The position numbers and the translations under genes are program-made. The notes under the pieces are model-generated. The model saw only the letters and a program-made list of their open reading frames with translations. It was not told where the DNA came from and made no database searches. From Lama guanicoe (Eukaryota): a DNA stretch of 64,000 bases. This document shows, in pieces, positions 18,857 to 29,986 of this stretch. The stretch covers positions 1,860,001 to 1,924,000 of the forward strand of contig MU053881.1 of NCBI GenBank assembly GCA_013239625.1, given 5' to 3'. How positions within the stretch are numbered: the first letter of the stretch is position 1; each line of letters opens with the position of its first letter.

Positions 18857-21800
18857 ATGGAACTTCTGGAGACCCCCGTCAAGGACGGCATCCTCTACCA
18901 GCAGCACGTCAAGTTTGGCAAGGTGAGGACCCTGGCTGCCAGGCAGCCGCCTAGTCAGGTCGGGGCCGCTGCTCCAGCCTAGAACAGCCTAGCAGGACCC
19001 AGGGGCATGGGGGAGGGAGGCGGGGGGTGGGGTCAAAGTCATGGGTAGGATAGTGGAACAGAACCAGTTCTTAGCCTGAGCAAGTTGGGCTGAGTGGGCC
19101 TTTTTGAGAGTCTGCTTCATTTACAGATGGGGAAGCCAAGACCAGGGAGGGTCTAAGAAGGCAACCCTTGGGGCAGGGCAGAGCCGAGAGGCTGGCTAAT
19201 CCAGCAGCCTTCCACTCCATCTGCTAGAGGCACTGAGGCCCCTCGAGAAGGCTGAGGGCTAAGCTGGAGGAGCCCCCGGAGGTGGACCCCCATCCAGCAG
19301 GGTTTGGCTCCTCCCAGCCCAGTCCCGGCACAGCAGGCCCTGCACACCCACGGCAGCTGCAGCTGCTGCCCAGGCAGATAAACCGTCTGTTTCCTTTGCT
19401 CGGCACTATTTGCATGTTTCCTTCCTTGCCATCATGAGACGAAGGCCTCCCTCCCGCCCCAGCCCTTGTCCCATGGCCCAAGTGACCTTCTCTTTGCAGG
19501 GGGAGGGGGCACCCACATAACAGCAGTGTCAGGTGGTCTGCTCCAGCCACTAGATACTTTACAGACTTTCCCCAGGAGAAGCCCCAACCTCATGTTTTCA
19601 TGACCTTTTCAGAAATGGGGACACTAGAGCTTATGGGAGTCACAGTTAGGAAAACGTGGGGTGGATCTGAACCCAGAGGTAACTGACCCCAAGCACAGAC
19701 TCTTCCCCCTGCCGGGCTGGCTCTGGCAAGACATCCTCTGTGGCCTGAGGAGCTAGGGGAGGCAGAGGCCAGCCTGGGTGGCCAGGAGTGTTTGCTGAGC
19801 AGCTTGTGCTGGGCTGAGCTGCAGGAAAACTATCACCTGAGGGTCATCTCTCACATCTTCATCTCCTGCAGAAGTCCTGGCGGAAGGTGTGGGGTCTGCT
19901 TTATGCAGGAGGCCCATCAGGCGTGGCACGGCTGGAGAGCTGGGAGGTCCGGGATGGTGGCCAGGGGCCAGCGGGTGACAGATCTGCGGGGCCTGGCCGG
20001 CGCGGGGAGCGGCGGGTCATCCGCCTGGCTGACTGCGTGTCCGTGCTGCCCGCCGACGGCGAGAGCTGCCCCCGGGACACTGGTGCCTTCCTGCTCACCA
20101 CCACGGAGCGAAGCCACCTGCTGGCCGCACAGCACCGCCAGGCATGGATAGGCTCCATCTGCCAGCTGGCCTTCCCGGTGAGCATGGGCAGGTGGGCAGG
20201 GCATCCAGGGCCAACCAGGGACACCACTTCACCCCATCTTGTTCATCTCCATGCTAACTCACATCCCACCACTCAGCAAGTACCTGCCAAGCATCTACAA
20301 GCCTGGGAAACAGCCCATAGAACAAATCTCGGGTGGTCATGGGTGCTATGGAGAAAATGAGAGGCTGAGAGAGACCAGGAGTGAGTGGGAGGACGTTACA
20401 CAGGATGGTCCAGGGAGGTGTCTCAGGAGAGGACAGTGCACCTGAATCCCAAGGACAAATAACCCACCAGACACAGATCTGAGGGGGTCTCCTGAACAGA
20501 GAGCAGCAGCATGCGCAAGGGCCCTGAGGCCGGAAAGAGCTTGGTGTTCGAGGGGCAGAAAGGCCAGTGTGGCTGGAGTGTACGGAGTGGGAGGGGGCCT
20601 GGGAGGAGGCAACAGTGGAGAGTTTGGTGGGAGCCAGCTGAAGTTGCCTTGGGCTACTTGTGGAGTTGGGAGTTTTATTCTCAGTGAGAGAAGCCTTTGG
20701 GGAATTAGACCCAGAGACTGAGAGTTTTAAAGCTTCACAGGGTCTGTGATGAACCAAAAGGAAATGAGTGGCGGTTCCTCAAAAATTAAACATACAATTA
20801 CCATATGACCCAGCAATTCCACTCCTAGGCATATACCCAAGAGAAATGAAACAGATGTTCAGAAAAAACTTGTATGAAAATCTTCAGGGCAGCATTATTC
20901 ACAATAGCTCAAGGATGCAAAGAACCCAAATGTCCATCAACTGATGAATGGATAAACTTAATGTGGTCTATCCATACAATGAAACATTACTTGATCATAA
21001 AAAGGAATGAAGCATTGATACATGCTACAACATGTATGGACTTCGGAAACAGAGTCACAAAAGCCAGACACTAAAGGCCACACGTTGTATGATTCCACTT
21101 ACATGAAATATGCAGAATAGACAAACCCATAGCAGCAGAAAGCAACTAAGTGGTTTTTGGGAGCTGGGGGCCAAAGGAATGGGGAGTCAGAGTTAATGGT
21201 ACAGGGTTTCCATTTAGAGTGATGAAAAAGTTCTATATTTAACCACTTTAAAATGGTTAAAATGATAAATTTTATGTTGTGTATTTTACCACAATTCTTA
21301 TAATTATAAAGAAAAAAAAAGGAAATAAACAAGAGCAAGGAGACTGGTGAGGAAGCCGTTGCATTTGACCCTGGACACGGTACCGTGGGCCAAGGCGGTC
21401 GTGGTGGAGATGCTCAGGGCCAGAGCCTGTGGGACGTGGCGGGGAGATGGGGAAAGAGGCCTGGGGGAGGAACAAGTGGCCATTCACTCATGGGTCCCAC
21501 CCTGAAACTCCTGCTCTCAGGGACACACACAGGCCGGCCAGGCCCTGGCCAACTTCAAGGACAATGGGAGACAGCCCCTTGATTGCCCTCTGCTTTACAG
21601 CTCTCAGCACCCTTAAGGGGGAGCCGGTGGGGATTGCAGGTGGGGAAACAGGCTCAGAGGTGTGCTCGGGGGGTGCAGTGTGTCAAGGGCAAAACTGGGA
21701 CTGGCACCTAGGTCCCTTGCTTGTCACAGAGTCCTGGGTTATGGGCCCCAGGGAAAGGATGTGGGAAGAGGAGTGGAGGGGCTCAAACCTCTGACCTGGC

Positions 21801-22926
21801 CTCATCCCCAGGGCACAGGGGAGTCCTCCTCAGGATCAGGGGAGGCCGAAGCTCCCAAGAGGGGCCCGGTCCCCATGGAGGAGAACTCCATCTACTCCTC
21901 CTGGAAGGAAGGTGAGTCTGGGAGATACAGGGGCAGCCTCAGCCCCGGCACACCCAGGGCTGGGATCTTCCGGGGGACCCGGGGGACTGCGCTTGCTGCC
22001 CTCACGGCCCCCTGCCTGCAGTGGGCGAGTTCCCGGTGGTGGTGCAGAGGACAGAGGCTGCGGCCCGCTGCCAGCTCAAGGGGCCCTACGTCCTGCTGCT
22101 GGGCCAGGACGCCATCCAGCTGAGCGAGCCCGCGAGCCCCCAGGCCCTCTACACCTGGCCCTACCGCTTCCTGCGCAAGTTCGGCTCCGACAAGGTGAGG
22201 TCCCGCCCGGGCGGGGGGCGGGGGGCGGGGGGCCCGGTCCCTCAGCCCCTGACGCCCCGTGCCGCCCGCGCCCAGGACGTGTTCTCCTTCGAAGCCGGCC
22301 GCCGCTGCGCCTCGGGCGAGGGCCTCTTCGCCTTCAGCAGCCCCCGCGCCCGCGACCTGTGCGGGGCCGTGGCCACGGCGATCGCCCGCCAGCGGGAGCG
22401 CCTGTCCGATCCAGCGCGGCCCCGGCCCTGCCCCCTGCCGCGGGCCACCTCCCTGCCCTCGCTGGAGCCGCCGGGGGAGCTGCGCGAGGCGCCGCCGGGG
22501 CCCCAGGCGCCCGGCCCCCGGAGGGCTGGCGCGGCCGACGCGGGGCCCCAGAGCCTGCCGCCGCTGCTGGGCCCCGCGGCCCCCGCCGAGCCGGTGCTCT
22601 ACGCCTCGGTGTGCAAGCGGGCCAGCGTGCCCCCGGGCGCCGCCGAGCACCTGTACGAGAACCTGCGCCTGCTGGAGGCCGCCGGCCCGCCGGCCAGCCC
22701 CATCTACCACAACAGCCAGGACCTGAGCTGGCCCGGCCCGGCCTGCGACAGCAGCCTGGAGGCCCAGTACCGGCGGCTGCTGGAGCTGGAGCTGGCCGAC
22801 AACGGCGACAGCGACGAGGCGGGGGGCTCCGCCTGCCCCGGCTCCCACACGGGCTTCAAGGCCAAGCTGGTGACGCTGCTGAGCCGGGAGCGGAGGAAGG
22901 GCCCGGCCCCCTGCGACAGACCCTGA
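18857..22926 (+). CDS. DOK3: Docking protein 3 (PH + PTB adaptor), 431 aa
   Basis: Coding exons 18857-18922, 19872-20177, 21812-21911, 22022-22194 and 22276-22926 total 1296 nt. The protein has a PH domain (METPVKDGILYQQHVKFGKK-type start), an IRS-type PTB domain (WPYRFLRKFGSDK..FSFEAGRRC), tyrosine motifs YASV, YENL and YHN, and the C-terminus GPAPCDRP. Confidence 0.96.
20768..21320 (+). mobile_element. L1 (L1M-type) 3' fragment in a DOK3 intron
   Basis: Typical L1 3' text (gacccagcaattccactcctagg; gcagcattattcacaatagc; aacccaaatgtccatcaactgatgaatggataaac). The ORF2 C-terminal-like peptide IFRAALFTIA..PKCPSTDEWI and an A-rich end are present. Boundaries are approximate. Confidence 0.85.
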
Positions 22927-23106
22927 CCCGTGGCAGCGGGAGGAGACGAAGGCGCTCTCCCTGGAACAAGAGGGCGCGAAAGCCGTGGATATCTGCGGAC
23001 ACACCCCCACAGCCACTCTGGCCTGGGGGGACAAGGCCAGCTGCCTGGGGAGGACCCCTCAAGTGCCCTGCCAGCCCCCCAGTGTATAGTGTACAGATCT
23101 GCTAAT

Positions 23107-23112
23107 AATAAA
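23107..23112 (+). terminator. DOK3: DOK3 poly(A) signal AATAAA
   Basis: AATAAA lies 180 nt after the stop codon. Confidence 0.8.
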
Positions 23113-23868
23113 GCCCTTTAGCTCCCCTCTCAGCCCACCTCGTGTGCCACAGCCCATTCCTCCTTAGTAGGGCTCCTGGCAGTGGCGCCCACGGGTCCAC
23201 ACAGACGCTCAGTCACAGGCGTGGCAGCAAACACCAGGGCCCTGTGCTGGGTTCCGGGGATACATATGACCTGGTCCTGACTTCTGCCACCAGTCGGCTC
23301 GAGTCCACTTGAACAGGTGGGTGGGGTGCAGATAATTATAGATCCAAGTGGTCCCGTGCAGCAAAGGTGACTCTGATAATTGGGGAGAGGGAGAAATGAG
23401 GCTTGCTGATGGGAGAGGTGCCCTCTGAATTGAGTGTGAAGGGCAGGCAGAGCTTCACCAGGCTGCCAGTGAGCCCCAGGGCTTTCCAAGCTGAGGGTGG
23501 GCACGGTGGGTGCATAGAGGAAGGAAGATCATAGACCAGAGGGCTACAAGGGGCTGAGGAAAGGGTTGGCCCAGCATAAGAGGCCTGACAATCCAACAGT
23601 GAGCTTAGTCTCATCCTCACGGAGGGATGCAGCCAGACTAGGGAAACAGCGTGGAGGCTGATTTGGAGGGGCCGGAAAGCCCTAGCTGGGGAGGAGTTGT
23701 GGTGAGGGAGGGGCAGGTGGAAGGGACTTCAAAGACCTGCACACCCTAAACACTCCCCGCTGAGACTCAGAAATGCACAGACATTTCTGGGGAGAACTGG
23801 CCCTCAGTCTCCATCTTAACTTTCAAGGATAAAGACCAAATTACACACCAGGCATGCATTCATTCGAG

Positions 23869-24044
23869 TTTTGTTTTTTAATTTTACAATTTTATTTTAT
23901 TTTATTATTTTTTTGTGGGGGTAGGTAATTAGGTTTACTTACTTATTTGTTTATTCATTTATTTACTGATGGAGGTACGGGGGACTGAACCCAGGACCTC
24001 ATGCATGCTAGGCATGCACTCTACCCCTGAGCTATACCCTCCCC
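23869..24044 (-). mobile_element. tRNA-derived SINE (camelid-type)
   Basis: The reverse complement starts GGGGAGGGTATAGCTCAG with A and B boxes (GGGTTCAGTCCC), then an AATTACCT-like segment and an A-rich tail. Degenerate TSD tcattcgagtttt / tcatctgagtttt. Confidence 0.85.
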
Positions 24045-24799
24045 CTCATCTGAGTTTTATCGCATGCCTGCTCTGTGCCAGGCCCTGGGGACATGGCCAT
24101 GTTCAAGATAGCTGCAGTCCTGTTCTCAAAGAGCCCACATTCCAGAGGGAGATAACGAGTCTCCTGAAAACTTTAGTGCCTGCCTTACTATCCTCCCTTA
24201 TGCTGCTCCTGTCACCATCCCTGGGCCTCCATGCACACAAGCATCATGCCCCCAAGGACCTGGCCTCCTGGCTGCTTGACCTCAGCTCTGCCTCAGCTGC
24301 CCACACTGTTGGCACATCCTGAATGTTATCTTTATGACAATGACACCCTATCGTCACTTGGCAGTGATGCAATCTTATTTCAAGTGTGTGCCTCTGGCTA
24401 CCTCCTTCTCTCCTTCCAGCCCACTTCCTCTAGTCTCGCCTATATGGCTCCTATCCAGCCGCATCGACCTACAGCAACCCCTTTCCATCTGCACTACCCC
24501 AGCTCACGACTCCATCCCTGTCCAACTTGGAGTCTGCACTCCACCAATGGAATCAGCCCCTCCCCTTCTCCTCTACTTTCATCCGATTTGTCCAGCAAAG
24601 TCCTCAGCCTCAGGTGAACCCAGCTGTCTTCCATGTCAAGGCAGGAGAAATTCACATAACCAAGTAGATGGCAGTCTCTTTAACAATGTGATCTCAAACC
24701 TCAAACAGGTCGGCTCTCCACGCTGCCCAGAGATCCTGCATTCCAAAGTGGCTGCTTTTATCCTCCCCCAGACCCTCATATCTTCTCCCCTCCAGTCCT

Positions 24800-25750
24800 G
24801 ACCATTCTCACCTTACATTTTTACTTGTGAAGAGGCAGCCAACAGAAGCGAACACCGTTGGCTTCCCACCACCTCGTCTACAAGAGCACCCACATTTGTA
24901 CCATCTCCCTCCTGCCCTACAGCAGAAGAGTATCTGTTCCCACCTCCTCTCACCTCCCCACAGCTTGGCAAACTGAGCTGTGTCCTCCTGTTAATTCCTT
25001 CACCAACATCATCATTTCCAGCCACACACAAACATGCTCCATAATTTCACGTCTTTAAAGGAAACCTACCCTGATCCCTCCTTCTCCTTCACCCACCTCC
25101 CCATTTCTCTGTTCCTCTTCACAGCGAAACTCCTCAAAAGAGTTGATTACTCTGATTTCTACTTTCTCATCTCCCATCTCCCTTCCACCAACTCCTGTCT
25201 CCTGGTGGTCCCCATGACTCCATTACATCACTCTCATCAGGGTCACCTATCTCCTTGTTCCCCAAAACAAAGCAACCTGGACTCCCTTTGTGACCTGGGA
25301 TCCCCAGCTTCTCAGCTGCATTCCACACCCCTCCTTGAAACCTGGTCTTCACTTGGTTTTCCTCTTCCTTGCTGGTCTCTCCTTCCCAGACTTGGCATTT
25401 CCTCTGCCAGAGTTCTGGCGTCAGACAGTGTTGCTCAACCCTAGCTGCCCATGGAATCATCTGGGAGCCTTTAAAAAATGCCCATACCTGGGCCCACACT
25501 CAGCGGCTTGAATTTCATCAGTCCAGGTGGGCCCTGGGCACCACTCTTTTCAGTTCCCCGGGTGATTGTCGTGGGCACCCAAGGTTGAGCACCACGGTCC
25601 TACGTAACCCAAGGTGGTCTCCAGGTCTCACGGCCCATCTAAATGTTGCCAACTCCTATAGGTATAGCTTCAGCATAGATCTCTCCCAAGCTCTAGATTT
25701 AAGAATCCAGCTGCATACTAGACTTCTAGATGTCTCAAAGGCATCTCTGA
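24800..25750 (+). mobile_element. degenerate L2 remnant (interrupted by the MER5-like element)
   Basis: C/T-rich diverged text typical of L2 (tccttgaaac..tcacttgg; gatgtctcaaaggcatctc). Boundaries are approximate. Confidence 0.5.
25426..25596. mobile_element. MER5-like hAT-Charlie non-autonomous DNA transposon
   Basis: About 170 bp with inverted termini cagtgttgctcaacc / ggttgagcaccacg and an internal gaatcatctgggagcctttaaaaaatgc typical of MER5. Confidence 0.7.
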
Positions 25751-26389
25751 ATGTAATGTGTGAAGGAAGATTGTGGGGCAGGAGTTCTGTGCAGTGCTGT
25801 CCCAGGTTGTCTGTGGCCACAGAAGACGAAGCCTGGAAAGATGCTAGAGCCACGGGGAGGTAGATTTCAGCCCCACTTATGGAAGATGCTTCTGACAAGT
25901 AAGGTCTTTCCCTGATCAGGCTGCCTGCCACAGAGCAAGCTAAGGACAAGAGTTTCCTTCAGGGTGCCTGCAGCAAGGACCCCTCAGCCCCACAGTGGCA
26001 AGCCAGCGCTTGCCAGCTCCGTAAATCTCTGGAGGTTACCCAGGGAGTCAGGGTCTTGGCCAGAACTGGAACCCAGGACTCTGGGTCCCCAGTCTGGCTT
26101 GGTTTTTTTCCTTATAAATCTAAGCCTTTTTGTTTGCCGCAAAATGGCAAATTTTGTGAAGTTCCAACCAGACCATGGAAGAGAAAGACTTTGGAAAATT
26201 CTAGGGACCCAGCCTGCAGCTGCAGGTGTCCTGACCACCAGGGGGCACTGTGTCTTAGCCCAATGCCTGTTCCTACCCAGGGAGTGCCTGTGCAGGGAGC
26301 TCTGGAGGCTCCATCCAGGCCAAGGAATGGGCCCCCTGGGGTCTTCTCTGCTGGAGGACTGCCAGGAGCTCTAGGCTGCTCCTTCTTTC

Positions 26390-28030
26390 TTTGCTCATTT
26401 GCTGCTTCACTTTCTCAATCCTTCCTTTATCTGTTCACTCAGATCCACTGTGTGCAGGCACTGGGGAAATGGTGGACAAGTCAGACATGCCCCTGCTCTC
26501 ATAGGACTGACGTTCTAATGGGGCCAAAAAGCCATGAAGAAATAAACACTTAATATAATGTCAAATGGTGGTAAGTGCTGTGAGGAAAAATAAAGCAGGA
26601 TAAAGGACCAGCACAGGATGCAGTGAGATGGCCAGCAGCCTCTGTTTTAGGTAGGCTGATCAAGGAAGGAGGAGGCAACCCTAAATGCAATGAGAGCCTG
26701 TTGTTTAAAATATCTGGGAGAATGTGTATCAAGAAGCAGGAGCCCCGCAAGTGCAAAGACCCTGAGGCAGGACTACACTTGCTGTGTTGGAGGAATGGTG
26801 AGGAGGTAAGCGTGGCTGGAGCGGAATGAGCTAGGAGGAGAGTGATGGGAGGTGGACCCAGTTTATCAGTGTCACGTAAGTCGGAAAGACTTTAGTTTTA
26901 TTTTTAAGTGCAACGCCAGCCCACTGGAATGCTAAAAGCTGAGGGTGATGTGGTGTGATTTCTGCTTTAAAAATTCCACTTTGGTTGCTGCATGGAGAAG
27001 ACCCAGGACTGGGCAACGGTAGAAGCAGGGAGATCTGTTAGGAGACTGTGAAGGTGTCCAGGCATCAGACAAGTGTCAGGGACAACCATGGCAGCCAGGG
27101 GTGGAACAGATTCTGGAGGTGGAATTTGCAGAATCTGAGGTATGGCAGAAAAGAAAGGAAAGAAAACTTCATAATTTTTACTGGACCAGGCAGATGAATG
27201 GTGTTGCTACTTTGTTTTTTTTTAACCGAGTTAGGGAAGGAGTTAGGGAGGTGGGAAAATCACAAGTTTAAATTGGGACTTAATAATTTGAGATAGCTAG
27301 CAGACATTCAGGTAGAGGTTGGACAGGCTGTTGGATGTTGGAGTCTGGAGTTTTGGGGAGAAGATGAGAACTGGACCTGTAACTTGGGAGTCCTTGGCAT
27401 AGGTGTTATTGATAGTCACAGGACAGGATGGGGTCCCAGAGAGTGAGTGTAGACTGGAAAGATCTGATGGCCACGATGGGAAGCAAATGAGGAGCCGCCA
27501 AAGGGGGTGGTGAAGGAGCAGTCAGTGGGGCAGGAGGAAGGCATGAAGCTACAGGAAACAGGGAGTACACTGGGACCAGGGCTGCTCCTAGGCAGGGTAA
27601 GAGGGAAGCTGAGAAACCATCATTGATTTGATAACCTGGAAGTCATTAGAGACCTTTTGAAGAGGGAATTAATTCAGAGGACTGCTGGGAACAAAAGCCT
27701 GGCTGGAATGGGTTCAAGAGAGAATGGGAGGATGTGGGGAGGGTACAGCTCAGTGTTAGAGCATGTGCTTAGCATGCAGGAGGTCCTGGATTCAATCCTT
27801 AGCACTTCCGTTTAAAAAAAAATTGAATAATTGAATAAATAAACCAAATTACCTCCCCCAACAAAAATAAATAAATAAATAAGAGAGATGGAGAGGGATG
27901 TGAGATCAAGAGAGTATTCCTTTAAAGATGAGAACTCGTACACCAGTTTGCTTAGTGAGGGGAATGATACAGAAGAGGGGAGAATGTGATGGTGATGGGG
28001 GGGGTGGGAGAAGAGCAGCGGCCATGCCCT
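26390..28030 (-). mobile_element. degenerate L2 remnant, antisense
   Basis: G/A-rich diverged text starting with a reversed L2 3' end (ttcactcag..ccactgtgtgcaggcactgggga). Boundaries are approximate. Confidence 0.5.
27736..27880 (+). mobile_element. tRNA-derived SINE (camelid-type) inserted in an L2 remnant
   Basis: GGGGAGGGTACAGCTCAGTG..GGATTCAATCC, an (AAAT)n tail and a degenerate TSD aagagag..ggatgtg on both sides. Confidence 0.85.
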
Positions 28031-28619
28031 AGAAGTTGCTGAGGAATGGACGCCTATTCACTTGCCCACCATTCTCCGGTCCCTGTTCAATTTTCCCCAC
28101 TGCCGCTACAGGCCAGGGCTGAGCACTGGGAGCAAACTGGGGTCTCTGACACCCCTACTGGAGGTGCTGCCCGCTCTGGAGTTGGGTACCAGGAATCAAC
28201 CCATCTCGACAGTTTGCGTTCAGCACTGAGATAGGGTGGGAGGGCTACGGGCGGCTGACTGGAGGGGATGGGGGTAGGAGTGAGGGCACGGCCCACAGGT
28301 CAGGCTCGGGGCCGGGCCAAGGGCCCTTCCACCGCCGCCCGCTTCTGCCATTATTTTCTGCCTTCGTCTGAGCGTTCCGCAAACTTAACTTCAAGCTCTC
28401 CTGTGCCGCCCTCAGCTAACGCCCGCTCCCCACTCCCGATCAAGTCCGTCGGATTTAGAAATTCTAGAGCCACTGATGGCTGTGCTCTATGCCTATATTT
28501 ACGGAGGCCCTGAAAGGCGAGTATTATTGTCCCATTTTACCGAGTTGGAAACTAAGGTTCAGAGCCAACTCGTGTCCAGATCTGTCTGGTTTCCAAAGCT
28601 GCTTTCTTTTCATTCGGCC

Positions 28620-29400
28620 AGCGGGAGGCGCAAGGGGCCGGGCAAGCAGCTGGGCAAGCGGAGCGTTCGGCTCCCAGGCGAGGCGTCCCCCATCCCAGGC
28701 CCCGCCCAGGCCCCGCCCAGGCCCCGCCCCACCAAGGGGACCGGGGAGGGCCGTGCCTTCTAGCCCAAAGCGAGATGGGACTTCGTGATTGGGCGCGGCA
28801 GAAGGATTGGGCGGGGCTTCTCACCTACCAGGAGGCAGCTCGTGGCCGAGGCTTTAAGGGGCGTGGCATATGGCTCCGCCCCCTTTCGCGGTCTCAAAGC
28901 GGACGGCGGCCGCGGGGGCGGGGTCAGAACTCGGGCGGCGGATCCCAGCGCGGCTCCTTGGATTCCGCCGCCGAGCAGCGCCCCGGCGGGGCCGAGCAGG
29001 TACAGGCAACAGCACGGGGCGTCTCGGGCTGGACCAGGCCGGGGGCAGAGGTCTGCTGGGCACCACAGAGGGCACTGGGGGTCGTAGCCAGCTCTGCGCT
29101 TTTTCCGGCGGGCCAGAGCCCCTACCCCCGCCCCCGCCTTCCTGCGGCAAAGCCGGCTGTGGCGGGGCCGGTTGGCGCCTGCGCTGCTTCCTGCGCCCGG
29201 GACTCGGCCAATGCACGGGGCTCGGGCGGGGGACGGTGGGGAAACTGAGTCATGTCGGGATGGTAGCAGGCTTGTGTGGGAGGCATCACCCTCACTGGGC
29301 TCCAGTATGAATCCGCTTCCTGGCCACGCTTTGGGGTCGCAGTCCCCACTGATCTCCGCGGGGGCCGCGACCCCGCCCATCTCCCCCAGCACCCAGGGGT
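28620..29400 (+). promoter_or_regulatory. PDLIM7: PDLIM7 CpG-island promoter and non-coding first exon (donor at 29000)
   Basis: CpG island with GC boxes and two inverted CCAAT boxes (about 28788 and 28806). A donor gagcag|gtacag at 28999/29000 pairs with the acceptor ending at 29976, upstream of the ATG at 29987. Confidence 0.75.
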
Positions 29401-29986
29401 CCCGTCCTGGCTCCAGCAGCTTCGTCCGGTCCTGGAAAGGCTAGGACCCACTCCAGCCGCCTCCCTCCCCACCCCTCCCCCTCGCGTCCCGAGCCCCTGT
29501 ATGCTCCCTCCGCTGGCTCTCCGGCACAGTGTCAGCTTACACGCCTTATATAGTCCGAGCAGGCTCCAGCCGCGGCCTGCCTGTCGGGACCTGGGGGCGG
29601 GGAAGAGGAGCGCCGGCCCCGGACTGGCCTTGCAGGCCAGTCCGAGGCTCAAGGCTGGCTTGGGGGGAGGCCTTACCAAATTAGCCCTGTGGTCCACTAT
29701 TGGATGAAAAGAACCTCAAGACTGAAAGAGGGCTCCCCTCATTCTCCCAGTCCCTTGGGGAAGGGAGATTGGTTGCCCCTGTCTTTCCAAAGTGAGGTCT
29801 GCCAACCAGCAGCCCAGCCAAACCTAACAAGGTGCTCGCCTACCCTTGCCCTGGGTGTGCTCAGTGTCTGCCAGTGTCTGCCAGTGTCTGCCTGGCACTA
29901 GTCCAAGGCTAGTGTCCAGAGCTGGGCCTGCCTGTGCATCTACCATGCCAGACACTCACCTTTTTTCTCCTCCCAGGAGCTGCACC

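Noticed and set aside
21892..23105. Long alternative-frame (+, 397 aa) and antisense (-, 380 aa) ORFs over DOK3
   Set aside because: Low-complexity G/A/P/R products with no recognisable domain. They are explained by stop-codon scarcity in extremely GC-rich coding DNA.
29862..29891. (CAGTGTCTGC)x3 in PDLIM7 intron 1
   Set aside because: A short slippage repeat with no evidence of function.
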